A program made the position numbers and the translations under genes. The notes under the pieces were generated by a model. The model saw nothing but the letters and a program-made list of their open reading frames with translations, was not told the DNA's origin and searched no databases. 64,000 nt of DNA. Source: Candidatus Marinacidobacterales bacterium (GTDB lineage Bacteria > Acidobacteriota > Vicinamibacteria > Marinacidobacterales > SMYC01). The stretch spans positions 192,001-256,000 of the forward strand of contig CBDCYI010000004.1 in the NCBI GenBank assembly GCA_965224085.1. Reading direction: 5' to 3'. Within the stretch, counting starts at the first letter, position 1. Every line of letters begins with the position of its first letter. Positions 20,435-30,311 of the stretch are shown here, in pieces.

Positions 20435-20912
20435 CCAAGCCGAAGGTAGCGATCGCAATCCCTCCCACGGAAGAAACAGGAGCCCGCTCCAACCGTCTTC
20501 ACGGCGAAAGACTCGCGTCGAGAGTCCGACGAGCTCCCAGGCAAGGTCCATCTTTTTGTCGGGAGATCCCTGGATCATGCGCACGTCGCAGGTGACGTTG
20601 GCCGGGCTCAGCTCGACCTCGGCGTAATGCGTCCCCGAGCCGTCGAGGATCAAGAAAGATCTCCACGACCTCTTCATTCCAAAGTGGGTCGTCACGTTTT
20701 TTCATCGTGTGCCACGGATCGGGATCGCGCACATCGAAACGGAGATGAACGCCACCCAGGGTCTCGGGCGTCCAGAGCGCGCGAAAGCTGGTACGGTAGG
20801 CGGCAGGGCCCCAAATAATGCGGTCTGCCTCACGCCAAATCTCGTCCTCGCCCGTGAGTAAAGAGGCGGACGAAGCGTCAGTGCTTCGAACGAAATATTG
20901 TCCCTCAGCCAT
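20435..20912 (-). pseudogene. Carbohydrate-binding family 9-like (DOMON-like) protein, frameshifted and 3'-truncated
   Basis: RDDPLWNEEVVEIFLDP, frameshift, then DGSGTHYAEVELSPAN. Confidence 0.72.
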
Positions 20913-20928
20913 GGGCGAATTCTACACT

Positions 20929-20971
20929 TCAACGCCCTTCAACGCCGGTCAACGCCAGTCAACGCCAGTCA
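20929..20971. repeat. Intergenic tandem repeat, 4 x 10 bp (TCAACGCCnn)
   Basis: tcaacgccct-tcaacgccgg-tcaacgccag-tcaacgccag-tca. Confidence 0.8.
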
Positions 20972-23032
20972 TCGGATGCTACGGAACAGATTGGAAAAGT
21001 CGTCCGTCCAGAGAAAGTCTTCAAGACGCGTAGCCACGTCCGCGCGTCGCGGCGTCCACAACGATTGAAGCTCTGGGTCGGAGAGAAACGCGCCATTCGT
21101 CGTCACCAACATCCAATCGGACACGAAGAGACCTCTTTCTTCGTCCGCATCGCTCTCGACAAGGACCGCGACGAGATTCATGGCCTCCGCCCGGGCGCGA
21201 ATGACAGGCTTGAGATCGAAATGAAGGTTGGAGACGTGAATCGCAAGAATGCCGTCGGGCGCGAGATGCTGCTCGTAAATGACGAAGGCCTCTTCCGTCA
21301 ACAAGTGAACGGGGATCGCGTCGCCGTTGAAGGCATCGACGATGAGAATGTCGAGCTCGAGACTACCGTGCTCGCGAAGCTCGCGTTCCAAAAGAAGACG
21401 CCCGTCACCCGTCTCGATCGCGACCGCGGCCGGTGTGTCTTCGAGATAGTAGAAGTACTCGCGCGCAACATCGACGACGTCGGGGTTGATCTCGTAGAAG
21501 CGCCACTGGTCTCCGCCTCGAGCGAACAATGCGACGCTTCCCGTGCCGAGGCCGACTACGGCGATATGGCGACCCTGTTCAGCCTGTTCAGCCTGTTCAG
21601 CCGGTTCGGCTTCACCGTATCGAAGCGCGAGACCCACCCCCGTTTGCCGACCATAGTAAAGGATAGGGGTCTGTCGTCGGCCGGGCGCCAAGAATTGGCC
21701 TCCATGCGCGATCGGCCCGTTCCACAAATACCGCCGCCAGTCCCTAGAGCCCCGAGAGTGCTCGTAGACGCGGACGACGCCAAAGAAGCTTCGCCGCATC
21801 GTCAGCGCGCCGACGCTGTGCAAACGGACATAGCTCCCGAGAAACACGACGAGCGCAATGCCGCCGCCCAGCCAATAGAGCCGCTCACGTCCCGCAAACG
21901 GCATGGCGGAGCCGCCGAGCAGGTAGACGGCTGCGAGCCCAAGAGGATATTCCCAGTAGCCATCGAAGAGCTCAGGCGCAACGAGGCTCACGAGCGTGCC
22001 TCCAAGAACCCCGCCCGCGGCAACATAGAGATAGAAGGAGGTGAGCCGCTCGGCGCGTGGACGACGCCGGGCTAGCTCGCCGTGGCACACCATGCAGCCC
22101 GAGAGAAGGTTGACAGAATAGACGACGAACTGAAGATACAGGTCGGGCTCCGTCGCCTGCGCGAGCAACTCGAGCACGCCCAAAAGAGAACCGACGAAAA
22201 GCGGCGCCCAGAGCCAGCGCACGTACCAGCGATCGCGCTCGAAGGACACGACGAAAGAAAGGAGATACAAGCTCAGCGGCAACACCCAGAGAAACGGCAC
22301 CGCCGCGACGTTGCGCGTGAGCTGATTCGACGTCGCCATCAGCAGAATCGACCCTGTTGCAGAGAGGCCGAGCCACATGACTCGCTCGAGCCTGTCGCCT
22401 TCGGCCAAGGCGTCCGCTTTCTTGATTGGTGCCATCGGGGCCGCGTTTGCCCGAGCGGCACGGAGTGCACCGACCGCAGCGAAAAGCGCGAAAACGACAT
22501 AGCCAACCGACCACGCGCGAAGTTGAAAAGCGACCGTGGTCCATGGCTCGAGCAGGAACGGATAACTCCAGAGCCCGAGGAGCGAGCCGAGATTCGACAG
22601 CGCGAAGAGCCGATACACGCTCGACCCACCCGCCTCCGTTACCGTCCTCGAGGCCCAACGCTGCAGAAGCGGATTCGTCGCGGACAAAATCACGAGAGGC
22701 AAGCCCAAGCTCGCGGCGAGAGTCCACAAGATCGTGGTCGTGGGATTAGACGAGGCCGCGTCGACGGGCTCAGCCGGGTCGAGGGGCAGAAAGAGGAACG
22801 CCAAAACGAGAAGGGCTCCATGCAAGAGCGATTGCCTCCGGGCGTCGAGATAGCGGCTCGAAAGATGTGCATAGACATAGCCGGCGAGCAGCACGGCTTG
22901 AAAAAACAATAGCGCGACAATCCAAACTGTCGGGCTTCCACCGAACCACGGGAGAAGTTTTCGCGCAACGAGCGGCTGGACGACGAAGAGAAGCAAGGCG
23001 CTCCAGAAAATGGTGGTCCCAGTGACGATCAT
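20969..23032 (-). CDS. Fused membrane domain / spermidine synthase-like SAM-dependent protein
   Basis: LLFVVQP, CHGELARRRP, VGLGTG, YEINP, GDGR, VDAF, WTDD; a 9-bp tandem repeat encodes AEQAEQAEQ. Confidence 0.88.
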   Translation of the reverse strand: MIVTGTTIFWSALLLFVVQPLVARKLLPWFGGSPTVWIVALLFFQAVLLAGYVYAHLSSRYLDARRQSLLHGALLVLAFLFLPLDPAEPVDAASSNPTTTILWTLAASLGLPLVILSATNPLLQRWASRTVTEAGGSSVYRLFALSNLGSLLGLWSYPFLLEPWTTVAFQLRAWSVGYVVFALFAAVGALRAARANAAPMAPIKKADALAEGDRLERVMWLGLSATGSILLMATSNQLTRNVAAVPFLWVLPLSLYLLSFVVSFERDRWYVRWLWAPLFVGSLLGVLELLAQATEPDLYLQFVVYSVNLLSGCMVCHGELARRRPRAERLTSFYLYVAAGGVLGGTLVSLVAPELFDGYWEYPLGLAAVYLLGGSAMPFAGRERLYWLGGGIALVVFLGSYVRLHSVGALTMRRSFFGVVRVYEHSRGSRDWRRYLWNGPIAHGGQFLAPGRRQTPILYYGRQTGVGLALRYGEAEPAEQAEQAEQGRHIAVVGLGTGSVALFARGGDQWRFYEINPDVVDVAREYFYYLEDTPAAVAIETGDGRLLLERELREHGSLELDILIVDAFNGDAIPVHLLTEEAFVIYEQHLAPDGILAIHVSNLHFDLKPVIRARAEAMNLVAVLVESDADEERGLFVSDWMLVTTNGAFLSDPELQSLWTPRRADVATRLEDFLWTDDFSNLFRSIR

Positions 23033-23075
23033 CTATAATGGGACGTTACAATACTTTTGAGGCAAAGCGAGATCC

Positions 23076-23642
23076 ATGGGAAAGAAACGAAAGAAGAAAG
23101 TCGAAACGCAAGCGCCGCAAGAGACTGCGGCGCCAGACAATAGCAGCACTGCCGGCCGCTGGATGGCCATCATGCTGTTGGTGCTCGGAAGCGGTGTCTT
23201 CCTGTACGCGCTCACGACGGACGGGCCGCCCGCTCCAGCGAACGACCACGCGGGCCGTACGGCTCCCCCTGTCACGACGCAGCGTGACCCGGGGCAAATC
23301 CATCAGTACCGCTATTTCGAAAATCCCGACGCGGCACAGCCTCTCCCGGTGACATTGCCGCCGAGCCAGTTCCAGAATGCGGGCATCGCCAACTCCTATG
23401 CCATCGCGAAGGAGATTCCCGTGGTCCTCGCCCAACAGCCTTGCCTGTGCGGCTGCGACAACACCTCCGACGACCACCGGAGCCTTTTGGACTGCTACAT
23501 CGACGATCACGCCTCGACGTGCATGGTCTGCATGAAGGAAGCCGTCTACGCAAGCGAAATGACCGAGGCGGGCGAGTCAGCCGAGTGGATCCGCGACGCG
23601 ATTCTACGGAACGAGTTCGCCGGCACGAATATCGGGAATTAA
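23076..23642 (+). CDS. PCYCGC/CYCXC-family Cys-rich membrane-anchored protein
   Basis: TM helix; QQPCLCGC, HRSLLDCY, CMVCMKEA. Confidence 0.8.
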   Translation: MGKKRKKKVETQAPQETAAPDNSSTAGRWMAIMLLVLGSGVFLYALTTDGPPAPANDHAGRTAPPVTTQRDPGQIHQYRYFENPDAAQPLPVTLPPSQFQNAGIANSYAIAKEIPVVLAQQPCLCGCDNTSDDHRSLLDCYIDDHASTCMVCMKEAVYASEMTEAGESAEWIRDAILRNEFAGTNIGN

Positions 23643-23646
23643 ATCA

Positions 23647-23885
23647 TCACGGCGTGTACCAGATCGGCGAGGTGTAGGCTCGTTCCTGAGTGGTCATGGG
23701 CACCTCATCCGGCATCTGGATGCCAAATCGGACCGCCTCGTACGCCGTCCAGCGCGGCGTCGGAATCTCGATAACACGCGCATAGTAGAAAGCGCGCTCA
23801 CCTGGATCGAACGCGGGATCCTTCCAGACGGTAATCAGCTCGGAATCGCCGATGGTGTTGCTCCAGGTGGCGCGCTCGATATCTA
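23647..23885 (-). pseudogene. DUF3604 C-terminal fragment
   Basis: NTIGDSEL...[14 protein letters not shown]...[13 protein letters not shown], paralogous to the end of the ORF at 26534. Confidence 0.85.
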
Positions 23886-23990
23886 TGGTCGGCCTGCTCG
23901 AAGAGGTCGAAGCAAAGCAGCCCCGCAAGCGCGGACCCTACAAAAAGAAGTCCGCGGTAGTGGCCTAATTTTGAAATTAGGGACCACGGT
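23886..23990 (+). mobile_element. IS transposase C-terminal remnant with a palindromic IS end
   Basis: [22 protein letters not shown] (a KRGPYKK tail recalled from IS1-like DDE transposases); GGTAGTGGCCTAATTTTGAAATTAGG palindrome at 23956-23981. Confidence 0.5.
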
Positions 23991-24016
23991 ATCACTCTCC
24001 GCCGAAGTGACGCTTC

Positions 24017-24505
24017 TCAGGGGGCAGCGACCTCGACCACAAAAACAAGCTCTTTTTCGCCGGATACGGCCGTGATCTCCCAGCAACCCGGCGTTGGAAA
24101 GTACAAACGATTCGGTTCGAATCCCTTCTTAAGATACGAAGCATTGGGCTCGACTCTGAAGGGCGGCGCATCCCCATCGAGGCGACGGCCGCTGATCTCC
24201 ATTTCCAGATCTGGCGGCTTGATCCACATGATTCGATTGCCTCTCTCACCAGAGGAAAGCGGCTGCCATGCGGCCCAGAGACTCCGGTCCTCATTCAGGT
24301 ACCACGGCCCGCTTCCGAACGGATCGGCACTCGGGTCATCGGGCGGCACGTCCTTGATGGGCTTAGTTGGGTGGCACTGGAGCCTGAATTCTGGAACATA
24401 CGGAAAAACATTCTGTGGAGCGCCGTTCTGAATTAGAGAGGAACCCGTTGTGGCGAAACAGAGGAGACTCAGAGTCAATGCCGACGGAATCTCTCTCAAA
24501 GACAT
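24017..24505 (-). CDS. Exported hypothetical protein (DUF4871-like C-terminus)
   Basis: AAGGAGG RBS, signal-like N-terminus, ISGRRLDG...FPTPGCWEITA. Confidence 0.65.
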   Translation of the reverse strand: MSLREIPSALTLSLLCFATTGSSLIQNGAPQNVFPYVPEFRLQCHPTKPIKDVPPDDPSADPFGSGPWYLNEDRSLWAAWQPLSSGERGNRIMWIKPPDLEMEISGRRLDGDAPPFRVEPNASYLKKGFEPNRLYFPTPGCWEITAVSGEKELVFVVEVAAP

Positions 24506-24621
24506 GAACGCCCTCCTTGGGTTCACATTCTGCAGATATCGTAGCACGTCTCGCGTCTTTGTGACTCTGACCACTGGCGGGGTGTTGACAGTCACGGGGC
24601 ACGGGTTTGGTAACACCCGCC

Positions 24622-24643
24622 AATTTCAAAAGACCCCACTACC
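24622..24643. mobile_element. IS-like terminal inverted repeat
   Basis: AATTTCAAAAGACCCCACTACC is an imperfect inverse of GGTAGTGGCCTAATTTTGAAATT at 23956-23978. Confidence 0.5.
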
Positions 24644-25084
24644 AACAGTTGGCTGGACTCGTGCGCTTTCGACTCCGACTACCCAGACCAAGGGAACGCG
24701 ATAAAGGAAATACTTGTTCTATACTGCGACGGTACACTGGCTGGCCGCGTACACATCCCAGACTCCGTAAAAAAGGAGATTGACCATCCCAGAACTCCGG
24801 CCACCGTCAAGGCGGACGCGGCAAGCCTTTCTTACTCACTGCCCGTTGAACCGACGGCCGAGGAAGGGTTGAAACTGCGAGAGATCGAGAGCGTTCTTGC
24901 GGGAAACGGAAAGCGCGAGACAATACAAGCCGACGCCAAACACGTTGCCGAATCGATCAAGTGGGGTGGGTACTTCATCACCTGTGATGATGGAATTCTC
25001 AAGAGGGACGGGCTCAAGGCTTTGGGTGCAAACGTCCTGCTACCGAGCGAGTTTCTGGCTCTCGTTAAAGTCAACCTACCGTAA
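24644..25084 (+). pseudogene. PIN-domain-like protein lacking its start
   Basis: Frame open from 24644: NSWLDSCAFD...VHIPDSVKKEI...ADAKHVAESIKWGGYFITCD. Confidence 0.6.
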
Positions 25085-25313
25085 AACCCGCTGCTGAGTA
25101 CCGGACGAAACCTTGAAGATGCTTCGCATCCAGCGTGGCCAAAGTTCGTCGATGAACAGACCGGCCTCGAGTTCGGGGGGCCGCCGGCGCACCATGGTTG
25201 CCGATGTGGTAAACGGTTCATCTTGAGGCGCACACGTAGACCGATGGGCGAGGAGGAAGCGGCCTAGCAGAGACAGCGGCGAGCGGTGCTCGTCGCGAGT
25301 CGTAGAATCTGTG

Positions 25314-26374
25314 TCACCTTGCTGAGCTCGACAGGAAATCGAAGCGGATGACCTTATTGGGATCGCCCGACCGGTAGCTCTGCACGAAAGCCTTGTCGAT
25401 CGCTACCTCAACGGTCCAGCCGTCGACGAGCTCTTGCAGCGGCGGCTCCGGCACGATATCCGGATAGCCACCGTCGACGGGGTAGACCTGAAGGGAGGCC
25501 AGGAATTCGTTAAGAGCCGATCAAGAAACGGAGCTACCAATTGCTCGTATCGCTCCTGCGCAGAGGACCGCTCCGACATGCGGCGATCGAGGGGCGTCAT
25601 GGGGGCTGGATACTCCCGAGGATCCCCATACCCAGTCCAAATCGCGTCTGCCGGAAATACGAAATGAACGCGTTCGCGATCGCCAGCTTTGAGCATGCCG
25701 TGCAGCGTCATCTGGGCGTTCCGAAGTGTACAGAAAATGAAATCGCCCCCGCTAAACACGACCCGCTCGGCGTCCACCACGATCTGGTGCTCCTGCCCCT
25801 CACTCACGACCGCCAGATCGGGCTGGCGGTCCTCGGTGTACCAGAACGGGTAGTCCTGGCTAACGAAGTAGACGACCGGATGCCCGCGTGCCTTGAACTC
25901 GCGCACCAGCCGGTCTATTCCGGGCTTGGCCACCGCAGTGTGATCCCACCCGTCCAGATTGGCATGGCCGACGAAGAGCACCACCGCCCCGGCGATACGA
26001 TCTAACTCTGTGTGATGCGTGGTGGGGATCGGTGGCCTTGCAACCGGCTCGACTTCGATTGAAAGCACCCGCTCGCCGACGTCACTGCGCACGAGCACCT
26101 CGGACCTCCCGGGGGACACCGCTTCGAGCCGAATCGAATCGACCACCCGGACCACCGCGGGGTCCTTGCTCTCTAGGCTGTAGTCTTCGACGAAATTCGG
26201 CGCTCCATCCCGGCGGTACATGACCGTGTAGTGGATCTCGTCACCCACGCGCAGACGTGAGTGCGCCGGGTAGATCTCCAGACGGGACTGCGGTGTCTGC
26301 GCACAGCTAGCAATGACGACCGTCGCGGCGACACTAGAAAAAACCAGGCCGCACTTCTGGCTCGTCATACTCAT
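25314..26374 (-). CDS. Lipoprotein with an Ig-like domain, frameshift near 25510
   Basis: Lipobox IASC and SKDPAVVRV. A natural-looking C-terminus (EFLASLQVYP...VIRFDFLSSSAR*) lies in another frame. Confidence 0.6.
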
Positions 26375-26428
26375 TATCAGCCTACTTGCGGTCGTGAGAA
26401 GACACGTGCCATGTCGCTATCATGCCCA

Positions 26429-26477
26429 GAAACGGCGCCAAAGCGTCGGCGGCATCCAAGGCCGCGATCTCTTCGCG
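26429..26477 (+). repeat. Exact 49-bp copy of kynU sequence 13920-13968
   Basis: gaaacggcgccaaagcgtcggcggcatccaaggccgcgatctcttcgcg is identical at both loci. Confidence 0.92.
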
Positions 26478-26533
26478 AATACCGGGCCGGGCCGAGCGAC
26501 GGATGGTACCAGACTTTCGGACTTGCCAAGTCG

Positions 26534-29188
26534 CTACGGCGTAAACCAAATTGGCGAGGTGTAAGCGCGTTCCTGGTGGCTCAGTGGCACAGCTTCGGGC
26601 ATCGTGATACTGAAGAACTTGGCGTCATAGGCCTGCCAAGTCGGCGTCGGGATCTCAAGCACACGAGCGTAATACACGGCGCGCTGATCCGGATCGAAAT
26701 CCGGATCCGTCCAGACCGCGCGCAACTCGGCATCTCCGATGTTGTTCAAGTACGTCGCGTCGGCTTCATCAACCGTGTTGCCAACCGGGTGTTTACAGCG
26801 GCCGTCGGGACCGATGCTGCGTCCATCGGAAACAGCCACGTCATAAACCTTCTCGTGGCGTTCCCCCTTTTCATCCATCCAGCCCTTGATGATCTGAATG
26901 CGGTCAAGATTGCCGGACCAGGGGTCCTTCAACGCGCCCACCAGGAAGGTCGGGCCGTCTTTCCCTACTGGACGTTTGGGCAGATCGCCGCCCATCGGCA
27001 CGCCTTTGCTGTAGCCGATGGCGACGGCGTCCGGCCGGTAGGCGTCGTTTTCCCCATAGTCCCAACCGCCGAACAAACGCACTGTGAGTCGCGTACCGGT
27101 AGTAGCATAGGTTTCTTTCTTCTGCATCGCTTCGAAGAGCGCCTCGCGCGTGTTCTCGCGGGCCCAGACCCCAGCGAGCCCCGAGGCGAGCGTCTCGTAC
27201 GAATAGGTCGTCAGCGCATCGTTGCCAGCGACGGACCCGATCACAACGTGCTCCCAGCGATCGGGAGACGGCTCCATGGTCGGGGTCTTGCTCCAGGTGT
27301 TCTCGTCCCGGGTTGTGGCCAGCGAGGTGTGCGCGTCGGTGCTCCCGATCATGCCGAACTTGTAAGGGTTGACACCGAGCTTTTGCTCCTGCTGGAGACC
27401 CACCTGCAGGGCGGTGCGGGCGTATTCATACTGAAGCATCCAGTCCTCTTTGGGCTTGAGGCCAGCAATGTCACCTTTGTCCCATGTGCCGTAGTCGGCA
27501 AACTCGTCTTTGGGAGAGAGGAACGGATGCGCCTCGCCGTCGCCCTTCATCTGGGTGACCTCGTAAAGAGGTTCCCATCGGATGCGCGCCTCGGCGTACG
27601 CTCGGTCGATCGGTTGGCCGTTCAGCCGCTCGAGCGGGAACATCTGCCCATTGGAGACATTGCCGTTGTGGGCGATGGCGAGAACGCTCCCGCCGGTCTT
27701 CTCTTCGTAGGCCGCCATGTACTCCCACAGATTCTCCAGATCGTTCGAGTGCACCGTGCTGAAGGGTAGGACCCGCCCCACCTTGTTGCCGCCGTCTTTG
27801 AAGATGACGACCCGGTGCAGATTGCCCGGCGTTTCCGACGTGGCAATCGAGCTCCATTCGAAGCCGATCAAGGCAGTGAATTGTCCGGGCTCGTTGTATT
27901 CCTCGGCGAAGGCGATCTGACGCTCCCAGACCGTGCGTGTCATCTTCGGATTGCTGATCGGATCTTTGTTTACGGTGACAGCATCCGCGAGCCACAGCTG
28001 GAACGCATCGCGGCCCTTGCCGGCCTTCACCAGGTCGTGGACCCTTCGGCCCCACTCGTTCTTGAAGAGCTCCGGGTTGGACTCTGCGATCATCGGAGCG
28101 AGCCCCAGGTTCTCGGCGTGGTCTGCCACCACGAGAAAGTCCAGGGGACGGATCAGACGGACTCGCAGTCCCGCAGCTGACAGAACTTGCCACAGGGAAT
28201 CAGGGTGGTAGGGATTGAGCCGCATGGCCTTTCGTATCCAGGTCGCGGATTCCTCGTGGTGGCCGCGGAAGCAGTGGATCTGCCCCATCGCGCACACCTG
28301 GCGATCGTCGTTCGGGTTTAGAAGAAGACCCCGCTCCTGGTACGACTGGGCGCTCGCGAGATCGTGGCGGATCATGGCGATATGGGCGAGGATCCGGTAC
28401 GACTCGGCGTCCTGTTTGTCGAGCTCGCGGGCGTGCTCAGCGGCCTGTTGCGCGAGAGCGATGAGCGCTTCGTCCTCATCCGGGCGGTAGGCCCGGGCCT
28501 GCCCCAGCCCACAGGCGAGCCAGGCGTGTGCGGGGGCGAAGTTGGGGTCGCGCTCGATGGCACGCTCGAACATCTCGATCGCTTTCTGGCAGTCCTCCGC
28601 CGTGTAGCGGTGATGGTGGTCTTTGCCGCGGAGCACGTAGTCATAGGTGTCGAGTCGCTCGGGCGGCAGGCGGCGCGCGTGGGCGAGGCGCGAGGCTTCG
28701 ACGCGTCCCGCGAGAGTCGACACGACGGTGGCGCTGATCTCATCCTGGACCAGGAAGACGTCCTCGGGCTCCCGGTCGAACTTTTGGGCCCACACGTGCT
28801 TGCCGCTCGTCGCGTCGACGAGCTGGATGTTGATTCGGACGCGAGCTCCGGCTCGTCGTACGCTTCCCTGCACGATGAACTGGGCCTCGAGCTCTCGCCC
28901 AATCTGCTGCACGGTCAGATCACGATCGCGGTAGGCGAACGCCGACGCACGAGCAATCACCAGAAGGGATCCGAAGCGGGAAAGCGCCGTGGTGATATCC
29001 TCAGTAATTCCGTCGACGAAGTAGTCTTCGTTCCGTGCGAGAAGCTCCATGAGGGAACGGTGGGCTGGCTCGCAAGCAGGATCCATCGCGAGTCGCCGTC
29101 GATGGAGCTCCATGGCTTCCTCGAGCTTGCCTTCGTCGAGACGGGCGTCGGCGAGTCTCTGGAGAACGGACAAGGCCTGTTCTCTCAA
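26534..29188 (-). pseudogene. Chimeric ORF: BTAD fragment, TolB-like/TPR regulator fragment, DUF3604 body
   Basis: MDPACEPAHRSLM (BTAD), then DYFVDGITEDITTALSRF with TPRs, then RPLDFLVVADHAE...[12 protein letters not shown] (DUF3604 without its N-terminal HxH motif). Confidence 0.75.
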
Positions 29189-29397
29189 CTGCGTGCGTAG
29201 ACCGGGAACTCAACGGCGCCGAGCATCTTCTCCTTGGCGGGCGTTGCCGTTTCCTCGGCCAGGGCGAGCGAGCCGGCACCGAGCACCCAGGCCAGGACCA
29301 CGAGCCCCATCGGGCGAACGGAATTACATTGGAGCGTCCGCGCGTAAGAGCGTGTCTCGACTGCGGACGTCCCTGACTGAGACTTGCTATTGGACAT
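29185..29397 (-). pseudogene. Stranded N-terminus with signal peptide, probably from the DUF3604 gene
   Basis: GGAG RBS; MGLVVLAWVLGAGSLALAEE; stops at the junction with the BTAD fragment. Confidence 0.5.
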
Positions 29398-29739
29398 GAT
29401 TTATCTCCCTTCCAGGTGTTCCAACTCTCTGACTTGCTATACGCATCATGCCCTGACGCCCGCCTTCGTACCGTCTTTCGGGGCGTCTGTGTGCCGTCTA
29501 TTAGGCGTCTAAAGGTGCTTGCGCCCTAGGAGGTGAGCATGGGGTGCGCTTCTGGGGAACGAGCTGCGGTGGTGGGAGGCTGAGTTGCGGTTCTAGCTCA
29601 TGAGCTGCGGCGCTGGTGTGGCATGCTTGTGCTTCCTCGGAGAGATCTATGGCTTCGGTTGTACGCCAGGTCGAAGCCGATCGCGAATAGCTGGGCGGTT
29701 CGGGCGGTCGGCCGGTGCCGTCAACTCATTTCCCTTCAC

Positions 29740-29999
29740 GTCGGAGCTCGACCCGAGCGCCGCACAACCGCTCACCTTTCTCGGCGAGCTCTACTTGAAG
29801 AAAAGCGACTTCGAAGGAGCCATCGCATCGTTCTAGAGGGGCCCGTCGCCCAGACGCCGACTATTTCGAAGCCTATTACCACCTCGCGCAAGCCTACCGT
29901 CGCGCGGGGCGAACGGGTGACGCACGCACGGCCTTCGAAACCTACGAAAAGCTGAAACAAAGCGAACGCGGCCTATCTCGCAACGAGAACCAACGCTGA
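29740..29999 (+). pseudogene. TPR protein C-terminal remnant
   Basis: ELDPSAAQPLTFLGELYLKKSDFEGAIASF*RARRPDADYFEAYYHLAQAYRRAG. Confidence 0.6.
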
Positions 30000-30311
30000 T
30001 CCCCGAACGTTACCGCCGCCACGGTCCGGTCTCTTGGTTGAATCCCTCGCCGAGAAGGCAGAGGCGCCGGAACGGCATCGCCTCGCGTAAGCGCCTCGAG
30101 CGCGTCTTCGTGCCGGCCCGGGGCGACAGCACATACCCTCCGTAGAAGCTCTTCCGCGTCGGGCGTCACCTGTTGCGTGCTCCTAATCATCGAGATCTCA
30201 GAGGCCGTGCATTCCTCGCGTGGGACGCGGCACCAATCGCGACGTGATCCGAACGGCCAACGTCACTCCGGCGGCGCCGGCGTGCGTGCGCAACGTCAAC
30301 TAATAAGAAAC

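Noticed and set aside
23076-23642. Possible selenoprotein in the CYCXC family
   Set aside because: All motif positions are Cys codons; there is no in-frame TGA.
26396-26411. Second sigma-54 promoter (TGGCAC-N5-TTCTC); also weak candidates at 46248-46263 and near 29618
   Set aside because: The -12 GC is missing, the -24 box is weak, or the spacing is wrong.
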